Assembly: GCF_006345805.1 (NCBI RefSeq)
Contig: NC_043006.1
Coordinates: forward strand, 96,658,001 to 96,722,000
Direction of reading: 5' to 3'
Source of the DNA: Octopus sinensis
Lineage: Eukaryota
DNA length: 64,000 nt
Of the stretch, positions 1 through 14,487 are shown in pieces; position 1 is the first letter of the stretch, and every line of letters starts with the position of its first letter. The notes under the pieces were generated by a model. That model was not told where the DNA came from. It was given only the letters and a program-made list of their open reading frames with translations, and did no database searches. Both the position numbers and the translations under genes were made by a program.

Positions 1-353
1 TGTTCATTTGTTTGCTTGTTTGTGTGTCTGTGTATGTTTGTGTATGTACGTGTGTGTGTGTGTGTGTGCAAGAGAGAGAAAGAGAGAGTATGTGTGCGCG
101 CGCTTATCTGTGTTTATGTGTGTACACACACACGCACATACATATATTCTCAATTTCTCAATTTTTGCTAATGCTCCTTTTGTAATACTGTTGTTGTTAT
201 GATCATCATCATCATTATTATTATTGTATTTGTTTCTTTTTTAATGTTTTTTTTTCATTACTATTTGTATATATAAAAGTATTACTGAAATTTCATTAAT
301 ATCTTCCAACTCATTCCATTCTGTTCATCAAATTTGTTGATGAAACAAGATTT

Positions 354-494
354 TTAGCGAACATGAATTCGAAAGAAACGAAAAGAAATATGGTGACTCC
401 GACGACGAAGACGATGATGACGACGATGATGGCAACGGTGATGATGACGATGTTGACGATGATGATGATGTTGACGATGATGACGATGTTGACA

Positions 495-531
<37 letters not shown>

Positions 532-687
532 CGATGATGATGATGATGATGATGATGACGGCGACGACTCCGACAACTCCGACGACGGTGCTGGTGTTTT
601 TTAGTATTAATGATAAGCAATTTTCACTCTAACAATAACGCTAACAACAAAAACAATAAAAACAACTGCTTTAATAATATAATAATA

Positions 688-732
<45 letters not shown>

Positions 733-908
733 TAATAATAATAATGATAATATAATAATAATAATAATATAATAATAATAATAATATAATAATAATGAAA
801 TAATAATTGATGATGATGATGGTGGGATGATGATGAAGATGATAATAATATGATTTAATACTACTACTACTACTACTACTTACTACTACTACTACTACTT
901 ACTACTAC

Positions 909-950
<42 letters not shown>

Positions 951-1170
951 GAAGAAGAAGAAGAAAGAAGAATGATAATGATTGATGATAATAATAATAA
1001 TGATGATTGATGATGATAATAATAATAATAATTATTATTATTATTATAATGATGATAATGATAATAAGAAGAAGAAGAAGAAGAAGAAAAAGAAGAAGAA
1101 GAAGAAGAAGAAGAAGAAGAAGAAGAAAAAGAAAAGAAGAAGAAGAACAACAACAACAACAACAACAATT
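354..1170. repeat. Compound trinucleotide microsatellite cluster (GAT, AAT, TAC, AAG, AAC)
   Basis: Directly visible tandem triplets; the homopolymeric ORFs here are translations of these tracts. Confidence 0.95.
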
Positions 1171-1810
1171 TCTTTTATTTGCAAGGAGGTCTTCGTATGA
1201 GTTTACGTTTTGTGCAGGGTTTTTCATAAAAGATGAAGATAAGGAGAATGTAAAAACAGTGAACTGTGTTAAATGGTATACAATGTATTCAAAAATGCGT
1301 GAACACATCTATTATTGAGTCCTACTATTTCCGAAGACCCTCTATCTATGGAGTGCTCAGCCGATTGTACCTAAATTTTACGAACAGGCTGTTCTGTTAA
1401 TCTGATCAACTGGAGCACTCGTCGTCGTAACTGACGGAATGCTAGTTATTTTACACATGCATATATATATATATACAACGGATTTCTTTCACTTTTTGTT
1501 TACCAAATCCACTCGCAAGGCTTTGGTCAGCCCGGAGCTATGGTAGAAAACAGTTGCTGAAGGTGCCACGTGGAGGGTTTGAACTCGGAACCATGTGTTT
1601 GGAAGGCGAGCTTCTTATCGTACATCTGCACGTAATTACTTTTTAAATTACATTACGGATGTACATCAAGAACAGATTACTGCTTAAAATGCTCAGCAAA
1701 GATTTGGTAGTTATGCAACATAATGACTCACTAAATCGAAATGATAAATTTGGTATTGAAGCGCAGATATTTTATTTTTCCTACTTTTTGCGTCGAGTTA
1801 CTGCCTGGTT

Positions 1811-2217
1811 ATATCTTTTGTACTCTGGACACAAGGTCCTAAAATTTTCGGAGTGGGGCCAGTCGATTAGATCGACTCCAGTAGGCAACTGGCACTTAAT
1901 TTATCGACCCCGAAAGGATGAAAGGCAAAGTCGACCTCGGTGGAATTTGAACTCCGAACGTAAAGACAGATGGACAAAATACCTATTTCTTTATTACCCA
2001 TAAGGGGCTAAACACAGAGAGGACAAACAAGGACAGACAAACGGATTAAATCGATTATATCGACCCCAGTGCGTAATAGGTACTTATTTAATTGACCCCG
2101 AAAGGAGGAAAGGGAAAGTCGACCTCGGCGGAATTTGAACTCAGAACGTAGCGGCAGACGAAATACTGCTAAGCATTTCGCCCGGCGTGCTAACGCTTCT
2201 GCCAGCTCGCCACCTTA
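1811..2217 (-). mobile_element. tRNA-derived SINE, family A, dimeric (head-body-tail1-body-tail2)
   Basis: Reverse complement of the recurrent head ggcggcgagctggcagaaacgttagc. The body gtcgactttgcctttcatcctttcggggtcgata occurs twice. The body resembles the MetaSINE central domain as I recall it (unverified). Confidence 0.85.
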
Positions 2218-3154
2218 CTGCTGGATTATATCGAACAGCGAAGTTCGTAACTCCATCATCAATTTTACTAGCCGTTTACAGTCCTCTCTTCCGAATTAAG
2301 GAATGATTAGGCGAGTTGCTGTCTCTTTATTACAATCAGTCTGAATGTGGTATTAAGTATTAGTTATACAAGCATTAGACTCTTCTTCGGCTCTCCGTGA
2401 GAACAAGCCAATCTTGTTATATTACGCAAACCAAAACAGAACATTAGTGGGAAACACGCAAATACTCTACAGAATTTCCGATAAATATACACACTTCATG
2501 ATGGAAGCAATATTTGCGAGTCAGCAAGGCGGCGAGCTGGCTGAAACGTTATGTTCTGAGTTCAAATTCCGCCGAGGTTGACTTTGCTTTTTCATCCTTT
2601 CGGGGTCGATAAATTAAGTTTCAGTTGCGTACTGGGGTCGATCTAATCGACTGCCCCCCCCCCCACCAATACATTATATGCTAGGAACAAAAATAAATTC
2701 CTAAATAAACACTTATGCTATGGCAGTGATCTAGCAGTCATTGGTTTAATTTTGATACCAATCATATTGGTTCTGCCTAACACAAAGAAGCAGCAACACA
2801 TGCAAACATAACTTCATCCTGAAGAAGAGCATGTGAAAGTATAGAAACACAGATGTTGAACATTTGCTGAAATTTTATTTACAAAGATTTCATACAAAAG
2901 ACTGAAAAAGGGAAATAAAAAAAAAATGAGGACAAAACTAAATCGTGTATTCAACATAATACAAATACATACAGCCAGCCACACACATACAACACGCACA
3001 CACGCACACCACACAAAGACACACACTCACACACACAAACATACACACAAGCACATACACACGTAAATTCACATACGTTGACAAGTATCTGTGTATTTGG
3101 TCTTGTCTCTCTCTCTCCCTCTCTCTTTCTTTCTCTCCTTTTCTTTATCTCTCT

Positions 3155-3186
<32 letters not shown>

Positions 3187-3477
3187 TCTTTCTTTATTCC
3201 TAGCTCTCCTTGTTTCGATCTCATGATTCCGTTTAATCTTCGTGATTATTTACTTACAGTGTCATAATCTTTAATAGTACCGTCTCTAATCTTGGTTTCG
3301 CCATCATCATTAGCACTTCAACGACGACGACCGCCACCACCACCACCACAAAAGCCGCCTCTGCCACCAATAAACAACCACGGTAGGCATCACTACTTCC
3401 ACTGCCGCAACCACTGCCACACCACCATTTAAAATCATTGAGGACACAATTATCGCACTCAATATTGAATTCCTTTT

Positions 3478-3990
3478 AAGGCGGCGAGCTGGCAGAAACG
3501 TTAGCACCACGGGCGAAATGCGTAGCCGTATTTCGTACCAGTTACGCACTGGGGTCGATATAATCGACTTAATCCCTTTGTCTGTCCTTGTTTGTCCTCT
3601 CTGTGTTTAACCCCTTGTGGGTAGTAAAGAAATAGGTATTTCGTCTGCCGCTACGTTCTGAGTTCAAATTCCGCCGAGGTGACTTTGCCTTTCATCCTTT
3701 CGGGGCCGATTAAATAAGTACCAGTTCCGCCAAGGAGTCGATATAATCGACTTAATACCTATGTCTGTCCTTGTTTGTCCTCTCTGTGTTTAGCCCCTTG
3801 TGGGTAGTAAAGAAATAGGTATTTCGTCTGCTTTACGTTCTGAGTTCAAATTCCGCCGTAGTCGACTTTGCCTTTCATCCTATCGGTGTCGATAAATTAA
3901 GTGCCTTTTGCGTACTGGGGTCGATCTAATCGACTGACCCCCTTCCCCAAAATTTCGGACCCCTTGTGCGTAGAGTAGAAAAGAATATTA
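3478..3990 (+). mobile_element. SINE family A, multimer (head + repeated body/tail units)
   Basis: Head at 3478; tail1 (gtctgtccttgtttgtcctctctgtgttt...aagaaatag) occurs twice, followed by body + tail2. Confidence 0.85.
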
Positions 3991-4029
3991 CAATCACTCT
4001 ATAATGACAACTACTATCTTGATATCACC

Positions 4030-4066
<37 letters not shown>

Positions 4067-5056
4067 AAGCGATGGCTTTACAACAACTACAAAAACTAGT
4101 GCTGTTGCGGCTGTCGGAACCATCACAGTGCTATCACAGATACCACTTTAACATCCATCATTGTATTCATAATACCACAACTGTCACCATAACTACTACA
4201 CATTACAGAACCACTGAAACCAGAACAAATACCTTTATTACTTCCACATCACCAACAAAGCTACAATTATCTCCCATATTTACACCACCACCACTACTAC
4301 CACCACCACCACTATTACTACTACTACTACCACTACCACCGTCTTGCTACTACTACAACCTCCAACACAATCACAACTCTCACGACCATTATCACCTCTT
4401 AACCACTACAACAAATAAAGTAAGTAAATGGATCATCAGAATGATATCGTAGTTGATCCATCGATTGAATTACTATGTACCATGTAGATGGTTGAGTATA
4501 CCGCAGACTTGTACACCTTTAACGTAATTCTTAGACACATTTTATGACAAAATGAATGTGTCAAAATGAATTTTATGGCAAAATGAATTACATATAAAAC
4601 CCATATATCAGGCTTCCATACAGTTTTCGAATGTTCATTTTCCGTCATAGGGCCTGAATTGATTAAAGGCAATAGTAGAAGGAAAAAAAACGTGACTTAC
4701 CCAAAGTACCAAGCAGTAGTATTGAACCTGAAACCTCTTGAATATGAAATAAAGTCCTTAACCATTTGGCCACGATGCCTCCACATTTCATCCTCTGCGA
4801 CTACACCGCATCCATCACAGTTACCATGACACAAACATTAAAAAGACAACCAGCGCCAGCACCACCACCGGCGTCAAAGCAGCAGCAGCACCACCAGCAC
4901 CACCACCACCGCCACCAACAACAACAACAACAACAATATCAACAACAACAACTCAGTCGTTTTTATTGTCATTGCTGAGGAGATGTAGCGTTCATATTTT
5001 AACTTTTATTAATTATTTTTTAAGTTCACATTGTCTCTTTTGGCCTTTCTTTACAT

Positions 5057-5112
<56 letters not shown>

Positions 5113-5139
5113 AAACTAGAACAAGCAAGAAAAAAGAAT

Positions 5140-5245
5140 AACGCGAGTACGTGGAACAAAGTACTGTGTTATTGGACACTGAGGAAAGGAAAGAAAAGAA
5201 ACAGGATTTCCACGTTCGAGCGGAGCTCTTCATCAGAAATATAGA
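5140..5245 (-). mobile_element. Probable Penelope-like pseudo-LTR remnant with hammerhead-like motif
   Basis: Minus strand reads ctgatga-agagc-tcc-gctc-gaacgt then a T-rich tract; a similar layout recurs near 53218 and 58032. Confidence 0.5.
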
Positions 5246-5344
5246 AAATACAGAGAGAAAAAAAAAAAAAATTATATATATATATTATATATATAATACA
5301 TATATAATATATATATAATCTTCTCTCTCTCTCTATCTATATAT

Positions 5345-5386
<42 letters not shown>

Positions 5387-6059
5387 TATATATATATATA
5401 TATATATAGATAGATAGATATATATATAGATAGATAGATAGATATAGATATACATATACATATATACATATAGTTATACATACAAGCATGTATGCATGCG
5501 TATGTGTGTGTGAGCTTGTGTGTGTGTGTCTGTGTGTGTGTGTGCGTGCGTGCGCATGTGTGTATTTAAAATTCTTTATTCGTGTACCTCTGCTTTTCAC
5601 CCTTCATCAACTTAATTCAATTCACTCACCAACATATAGTTTCGTCACCAATTCTTGTAGCATTTTGTCTTTTGCTGACACCACCTTCGCCATCACCACA
5701 ACCATCAGTATTTATTATTGTCATCTCAGTTGTGCTTGTTCCCCCTTTTTTTTCTATTTTAATATTTTTATTGCTGTTAATGTTTCACGTTCGAAACCAG
5801 TCTCTTGTAATAATGGGGGCACAAATGATTTATCGTCCTAGCCATCACCACCACAACCACCACCAAATCACTACTACTACCACTGTCATCTGTACAAAAC
5901 ACATCTTCCTGATGGCCAACAGCTTTTAGTCACCTTCAGTCACCTAGAAACTAACACAACTTTTTAAGCCGCTTTTTGAATTAACTTCAATAGGAAATGG
6001 AGAAAGAAAAACTAAAAAACAAAATACAATAAAATTGAAAGATATATGTGAGGGGATCT

Positions 6060-6148
6060 CTATTCGCAGACACACACACACACACACACACAATCACGTA
6101 TATATATGTGATTGATATATAAACATACATATGCATAAATATGCATAC

Positions 6149-6187
<39 letters not shown>

Positions 6188-6234
6188 TTATACAATGTAT
6201 ATATATTATATATATATATATATACAATGATATA

Positions 6235-6287
<53 letters not shown>

Positions 6288-6293
6288 ATATAT

Positions 6294-6372
<79 letters not shown>

Positions 6373-6688
6373 ATATATATATATATATGTATGTATGCAT
6401 ATGTGGACATATGTGTGTGAGGGGGTATGTGTGCGTGTGTGTCCCGGAAGATTTATACAAAAATATATAAAATAAATGCTGCAAATAACAAAATTCTTAT
6501 AAGCAAATATATGCACATCTCTCTGTCTCTCTCTGCCTCTCTCTCTCTGTCTCTCTGTCTCTCTGTCTCTCTGTCTCTCTCTCTATATATATATATAAAT
6601 ACATACATATATATGCATATATATACATACATACACATATATATATATGTATATATAAACATACATACATACAACATACATACATACA

Positions 6689-6781
<93 letters not shown>

Positions 6782-7059
6782 TATACATGTATATATATAT
6801 ATGTATGTATATATGCATACGTACAATACATACATACGTATATGATGACAGTATATGTATGTGATTTTTACCTCTTTCATCTTCACAGATTAACTCTCCG
6901 CTATCTCTGTGGCAATCAGTTTTGTACAGAAGTTTCAATATATGATGTTAGGGTATTTAAGGTAACATCTCCACTTTATCCAACCAATAACTCATACAGA
7001 CACTCCTTATTCATCATTCTGTCCAAAAAATCCCTCTTCTTCTTGTCTCTGTTCATCCG

Positions 7060-7141
<82 letters not shown>

Positions 7142-7142
7142 A

Positions 7143-7238
<96 letters not shown>

Positions 7239-7262
7239 CGAGAGAGAGAGAGAGAGAGAGAG
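6060..7262. repeat. Microsatellite cluster: (CA)n, long interrupted (TA)n, (TC)n, (TATC)n, (GA)n
   Basis: Directly visible. Confidence 0.95.
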
Positions 7263-7468
7263 AAAGAATATCTTACCTGTTGGTTTAACTACTCATGTAT
7301 CATATATGTTTGCACTTTCCCTATTTTCTGCCCTATCAATACATTGTAGTTCTTTTATAATATATCATACAGATTACCAGCCTTTTGACATCAATGTGTC
7401 TGGGGTCGAGAGTACGATATTTGTGTGCTTCTGTGTGTCTATGCGGGCATCATTTATATGTATGTATG

Positions 7469-7502
<34 letters not shown>

Positions 7503-7599
7503 TGTATGTATGTATGTATGTATGTATGTATGTATGTATGTATGTATGTATCCATCCATCCATCCATCTATCAATCTATCCATCTATATATCTATCTAT

Positions 7600-8745
7600 G
7601 AATGCTTCTTGTGGAAGGGAAGCATTCCGATGGTTAGGCGATCCATTTGCTGTCAACACCCGCTAAATGGAGGGCTAGGCATGCCGTGGTTGATGATGCG
7701 CAGACATGCGCTGAGACTGCGACATCTTCGGCGCTTCATAGACGACGGTGAACAGGTGTGGTCACCGTTTGTGTAGCACGCTTTCCCGCAGTTCGTCTCC
7801 TTGGCCGAACTGCAGTCATGGATCAAACAGAGACCGAGGCTAGGCGAATGGCACCGCGAGTGTCGCGTTGCTCTCAAGCAACTCTGCCGTCCGGGACCAA
7901 ACTTGTGCGACTCAATCACAACAAAGGCATTCTATAGAGGATTAGTGGAGGGGAGGTGCGACGACGAACTCGGGCAGAGTCTGGGCGTCGACGAGGAAAA
8001 TTTGACCCGCCTGTTCAGGACAACTTTCGGGCCGGAACCTATGGACACTCACCAAAGATCCCTGGCCTGGCAGTGCTATCAAGAAGCATTACCTGTTCGG
8101 GATAAGCTCTACAGGCACTATTCGAGACACACCGGACCGACTTGCTCGAGATAAGCTCTACAGGCACTATTCGAGACACACCGGACCGACTTGCTCGAGA
8201 TGCGGTCAGAGCGACGAAACCATTCTGCACGCACTCTTGCAGTGTCCAACCAGTTAGGACCTGTGGGCTTATGCCGAACGGCTGCTGTCACGTGTGGGAC
8301 GAGTCCGCCTGTCGGCCAAGTCTGACGAGGGAATTGCTCCGCCACCTTCCCTCAACCGGGAAGGCAAGGCAATCTTCATTGTACTGGTGGCTATGGTGAA
8401 AGAATGTGTGTGGTGGACTCGAGGGAAAGGATTAGAGACAAACAATTACCTCTCTGGCCAATCGCTCATCAACTTTTTCAAGTACCACTTGAAAAGGAAT
8501 GTGAGAATGGAGAGGCAGGTTTTGTCTCGTGAAAGTTTCAAAAAAAGGTGGGTGAATGTAGCAAAGATTGTGCGTGCGAGTGACGAAACTACTTTGAGCA
8601 TGACCCTGTAAATCGAAGAGAGAGAGAGAGCACTTTGCTCTCATGTGCTTATCCCCTCCCTGCCTGAGGTTACGGTGGTCTTTTGCGTAGGCTTTTCTTT
8701 CCACGGATAAACCTAATCTTGCTTCTTACATTTTAAAAATATATA
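7600..8745 (+). mobile_element. 5'-truncated L1/Tx1-clade LINE, ORF2 C-terminal part (zf-RVT region), decayed
   Basis: Peptides FLWKGSIPMVRRSICCQHPLNGGLGMP, LAWQCYQEALPVRDKL, CSRCGQSDETILHALLQC and FFKYHLKRNVRMERQVL are typical of L1/Tx1 ORF2 ends. It has stops, frameshifts and an internal 49-bp tandem duplication at ~8101-8200. Confidence 0.85.
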
Positions 8746-8810
8746 CATATGTTCATATATGTATGTATGTAAGTATGTATGTATATATTTGTATATATAT
8801 ATACATATAT

Positions 8811-8975
8811 ACGACAGGCTTCTTTCAGTTTTTCGTCTACCAAATCCACTCACAAGGCATTGGTTGGCCCGGGGCTATAGCAGAAGACACTTGCCCAAGA
8901 TGCCACGCAGTGGGACTGAACCCGGAACCATGTGGTTGGTAAGCAAGCTACTTACCACACAGCCACTCCTGCGCC
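8811..8975 (-). mobile_element. tRNA-derived SINE family B, 5' part
   Basis: Minus strand begins ggcgcaggagtggctgtgtggtaagtagcttgc...ggttccgggttcagtccc (A/B-box-like); same as copies at 14255, 32953, 40260 and 56211. Confidence 0.85.
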
Positions 8976-9152
<177 letters not shown>

Positions 9153-9414
9153 TTCATTCTGGCAAAGTTTCGAAATTATACTCGAGATGAAAATGAAAAG
9201 TAAAAAGAAAGAATAAGAATGAAGAATTTCTTGTTTATTCTTTTTAATTCTTTTTTTTTTTACTTTTGGCATTGCGAAGAAAAACATGTTAAGGAGTTGC
9301 TGGGTTGGGTAAGAAGGAATTTGGTTGGTATTAATTTTGGTTGTAGTAATCTGTAACTCGAATTAGCAATTTTTCAACCCAACAACCCAAACATTCATAC
9401 ATGTGGAAAGTTAA

Positions 9415-9469
<55 letters not shown>

Positions 9470-9499
9470 ATTTTATTATTATTATCATTATTATTATTA

Positions 9500-9569
<70 letters not shown>

Positions 9570-9626
9570 ATTTTATTATTATTATCATTATTATTATTAT
9601 TGTTATTATTATTATATATTATATTA

Positions 9627-9659
<33 letters not shown>

Positions 9660-10539
9660 TTGTTTTCTTTAAATCTCCCTGCTTGCCTTGCCTTATAACC
9701 ATTGATTAAATTAGTTTCCCCTAGAGTTTTCTCCTAACAAAACACGTTCGCAAAACACGCACACACACACACGCACGCACGCACGCACACACACAAACGC
9801 ACGCACACACACACACACACACACCACATACAAACACACACGCACACACACGTATGCACCAGAATATACACACACGCACACATACTTATACAATTCCTCA
9901 TATCCTCTGTTCGTTTGCATGTATGGCTGTGTTTTATTTTTTTTCCTCTAACGCGACAAGATTCGTTGTCATAGTAACAGCGACACGAAATGTGTTCAAG
10001 GTACTGCAATTTGTGGTGGGGGCATTTTTTTGTTTCCTTTCTTTTCATTTTTTTGTCTTTTATCTTATCTGTAACTTGACATACTGATGTTCAAATACCG
10101 GTAAAGTCGATTTTGTCTTTCATTTGATCCGGATTATAAATAATTATTTCCTCCATAGGCACAAGGTTAGCGATTTTTGTCGGTGCATGATGGGAAAAGC
10201 GGTTTGTAACCACTCTAGTACTGAGCTGATGCTATTTATCGACCGCGAAAAGGTGAAAGCAAAGTTGACTTTGGAGGGATTTGAACTCAGAATGTAAAGG
10301 TTTGGAACTACATATTGCCTATTTTGTGCAGGTACTTGATAACACCACGATGTCACCTTTTGTTCATTTTCAAAAGAAATTGACACTAGTTACTTCTGAA
10401 GTCGTCTTTGAACAGCTTGATGTCACTTTACCTGGGAAACACAACACAATTCTTCACAAAAAGATTTGAAAAACAACACAAGTTTTCATTAAAATTTTTG
10501 AAATTAATTCATGCAAGATTTCATACGTCTGGTATCACT

Positions 10540-11118
10540 CCTACATGGTCAGTCTATGAAATGTTCAGCCCACCCTTGTATAGTTAGTGAATGTAGTATG
10601 CTGGCACAGAAAGAATACAAGAAAAGGACTGACAACCTAAGAAAGCTAGCATTTGACCAGGATGTAGAAAGCTAGGAGTTGACCAGACTGATAAAAAGTA
10701 TGAACATGATTCCTCTAAAGTGCTAGAAAATAAAAAAATATAATTTGTGGGATTTTAAAATTCATTAGTCAAGAAGTGTCATGTAACTGACTTTACAATT
10801 TCAAATGATGAGAAAGTTAAAATGAGAGGTATAGAGAAAATAAGAAAGTACCAGGACGTAGCCATTGAGTTACAGAAGCAATGGAAAGTGTGGGTAAAAT
10901 GTACTCCCGTAGCAATGGGTGCATTAGGAACTATTCCTAACGAATTGAACCGATGGATAGACGAAATAGGCATTAAAAAACCAGTTTAGTACTGTTCCAG
11001 CAAACAATATAATTAGGGACAGCTAGGATACTTAGGAAGTTTCTTCGCGGCTAAGGATACTTTTTGCAGCCCGATGTTGGGAAAATTTCCAACAGTCTAA
11101 TCTGTTGTGCGTAAATGA
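10540..11118 (+). mobile_element. R4/Dong-clade non-LTR retrotransposon 3' fragment (CCHC knuckle + restriction-like endonuclease), decayed
   Basis: Translates to IVSECSMLAQKEYKKR...EKIRKYQDVAIELQKQWKV...PVAMGALGTIP...LGTARILRK; followed directly by (AAT)n. Confidence 0.85.
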
Positions 11119-11204
<86 letters not shown>

Positions 11205-11218
11205 TAATAATAAATAAT

Positions 11219-11261
<43 letters not shown>

Positions 11262-12853
11262 GTAATAATAATATGACTTTGAGAACAGTAGCCATATATA
11301 CGAAAGCCAGTGGGAGGCATTTTAACATCATGTAACATGAAGGCGAAATCAAAAATAACAATGAAGGACGGTAATAAAAATATAATAAACAGCGATAATA
11401 TTGAAGGGAAAATACTGGCAGTAAAACTTAAACAGTCGCTGTAAGAACAACGACTAAAAGAAGAAACAATAATACTTGTTACTCAAAACGATTTTATGTA
11501 CGAAGAGCGAATACACATTGCCACCTTCTTAATATTCTCAATTGTTTACTGGCACCGAAATTCATAGACGGAATAAAGATAGCTGAAGTATTTTTCTAAG
11601 AGGTAGGTTGGCTTCTGGTTAAGTACTGTGACCTTTATCTTATTTATACCTTTTTATTGCCAGCCTCGTTCTTTGTTTTCATTGCTTTAAGCGTTTATTT
11701 ACAGTTAATAAAAGACATAGTGATCATCACCGCCGCCGCCGCCGCCGCCGTCGTCGTCATCATTATCACCATCACTGTTGCTGCAACCCTTGTCTCTTTT
11801 AGGTTCTCTGGAAGTTACTTGAGAAGTGTCGAGCATGCCCTTGAGTGAAAATTATTCTTGCTTTGAACTCAGCGTTTGTATATCGTAAGCTGCGTTTAGG
11901 GAAAGGGCAGATGACTTTGGTAGAGAAAATTATAAAACATTCTTTGATTACCCCTTGCTGGTAATCCACTTACCTCCAATTGGCAGAATTTTATTTCATT
12001 CGTACAAGGCAAAGTGGGAGTCTGTTCATTATCATTCGATCTGTTAAGAATAGCAAAAGAATCTTTAAGTCATACTTTCTATCTATCGTCTGAAATAAGC
12101 AAGGGACGCATTGGATGATGTAATCGTATGCAGTTCTAAAAATGGTTGAATAGTTGCAGATGGAATACTTTTCTTCATTGGTATACTCGCTCAAACCTGA
12201 CTTGTTCATTCCTGGCTAAAGGACATTTCATTACATCGTTTGCTTTTTTATGACGTTTTTATGCTAACCTGAAAAACTGCAACCGTTATTCAGATTTCTC
12301 CTTGGAATGTCTCTCAACACTTCCCAGCGGAATAAAATATTGTTAAAGTACAAAATAGTTGCGTATCATCATCATCATCATTGTTATTATTACTAATGAA
12401 AGCGACGAGCTGGCACGATCGTTAGCACACCGGCCAAATTGCTTAGCGGCATTTCGTCCGTCTTTACATTCTGAGTTCAAATTCTGCCGAGGTTGACTTT
12501 GCCTTTCATCCTTGCGGAGTCGATAAGTTAAGTACCAGTTCAGTACTGCGGTCGACGTCATTGACTTTCCCCATCTCCAAAATTTCAGGTCATGTACATA
12601 CATTAGAAAGGATTATAATTATTATTATTATTATTAAGACATCGAAGTGGCAGAATCGTTAGTATTGCCGGGCAAAATGCTTATCGGCACTTCAGTCGTC
12701 GTTTGATTTCTGAGTTCAAATTCCGTCATGGTCGACTTTCTCTTTCAGCATTTCGGGGACGATAAATTAAGTACCAGTGAAACACTGGAGTCGTTGTGAT
12801 CGACTGTTCCCGACCCCACAAAAATCCAGGCCATGTGCCTATAGTAGAAAGAT

Positions 12854-12916
<63 letters not shown>

Positions 12917-13580
12917 GCTATTTTTTTTCCTTCTTTCTTCAAATTTTCTTCCGTTTCTCGCCGATTGTTTTCTTTACACCTAGGGCAGAGAAGCTCATCG
13001 TATGCATTCCCAGATTACACGCGCAAATTCACAGGTAAAATATGTATTTAAAAATTAATAAATAAATAAATTCAAGGATGGATGTTGTTTTCACAGCGAT
13101 AACACTCTTCTCAGTACATGAGTCGTTCCAGTTAAAACGATTTTTTGCACTTCCTGTGGGGATGGTAAGCCTTATAACATTTTCAAATAGGTTTCAGTAC
13201 CTTTTTTTTTATCATTCCTAGAGATCCTACAATGACTAGTACTGTAGTCGCCTTGAGATGCCACATTTTTTCAATTTCTATTAGCAAGTCTTTATATTTA
13301 CTAATCTTGTCAAGTTCTTTCGTCGCTATATTTTGATCGCAAGGAATACTCATGTCAATTAATAATCATACCTTTTTTGTCTGATCTTTTATAATAATAT
13401 CCGGTTTATTAGCTTTTATAGTTTTGTCGGTATGTACGGGGAAGTCCCATAGAATTGGCACATTTCTCCCTCAGTCACAGCTTCAGGATGGTGTTTATAC
13501 CATTTGTCTGCGGTTTTGATTTTATAATGCTGACATATTGTCCTATATAAATACTGGCCGACTCTGTCTTTATATTCTAC
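12917..13580 (-). mobile_element. R4/Dong-clade 3' fragment (RLE domain + 3' UTR), decayed
   Basis: Frameshift-joined minus-strand translation gives ADKWYKHHPEAV...ILWDFPVHTDKTIKANKPDIIIKD...IDMSIPCDQNIATKELDKISKYKDLLIEIEKMWHLK; ends at an (AAT)n tract. Confidence 0.85.
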
Positions 13581-13702
13581 AGGTGCTTTATATTCTACAC
13601 CCTGAGATTAGGTGGTCTATAGTTTCAATGCTAAGACTCTACACCCTGAGATTAGGTGGTTTGTAGTTTCTATATTTATTATTATTATCATTATTATTAT
13701 TA

Positions 13703-13737
<35 letters not shown>

Positions 13738-13763
13738 TATTATTATTATTATTATTATCATCA

Positions 13764-13818
<55 letters not shown>

Positions 13819-13921
13819 TACTACTACTACTATACTACTACTACTACTACTACTACTACTAATATTATTATTATTATTATCATTATTATTATTATTATTA
13901 TTATAATTTTTAGTAGTAGTA

Positions 13922-13955
<34 letters not shown>

Positions 13956-14254
13956 AGTAGTAGTAGTAGTGGTGGTAGTAGTAGTAGTAGGCAGCGAACT
14001 GGCAGAATCATTAGTACTCCGAGTGAAATGCTCAGTGGTATTTTGTCTGTCGCTACGTTCTGATTTCAAATTCCACCGAGTTCGACTTTTCCTTTAATCC
14101 TTTCGGGGGTGATAAAATAAGTACCAGTTGAGCACTGAGGTCGATGTAATAGACTTACCACCTCTCCCAGAATTTCAGGTCTGTAGTAGAAAGGATTATT
14201 ACTATTAATTTCTAATGTGAGTGGCTACCTCTATGTGATTTTAATTTTTTTTTT

Positions 14255-14456
14255 CTCCTTTACTTGTTTCAGTCATTTGACTGTGGCCATGCTTGAGCAC
14301 CACCATTAATCGAGCAACTCGACCCCGGGACTTATTCTTTGTAAGCCCAGTACTTATTCTATTGGTCTCTTTTTGCCGAACCGCTAGGTGACGGGGACAT
14401 AAACACACCAGCATCGGTTGTCAAGCAATGCTAGGGGGACAAACACAGACACACAA

Positions 14457-14487
<31 letters not shown>

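Noticed and set aside
3478-3990. Regularly recurring repeats superficially like a CRISPR array
   Set aside because: Eukaryotic context, ~180-bp SINE units, no unique spacers and no cas genes.
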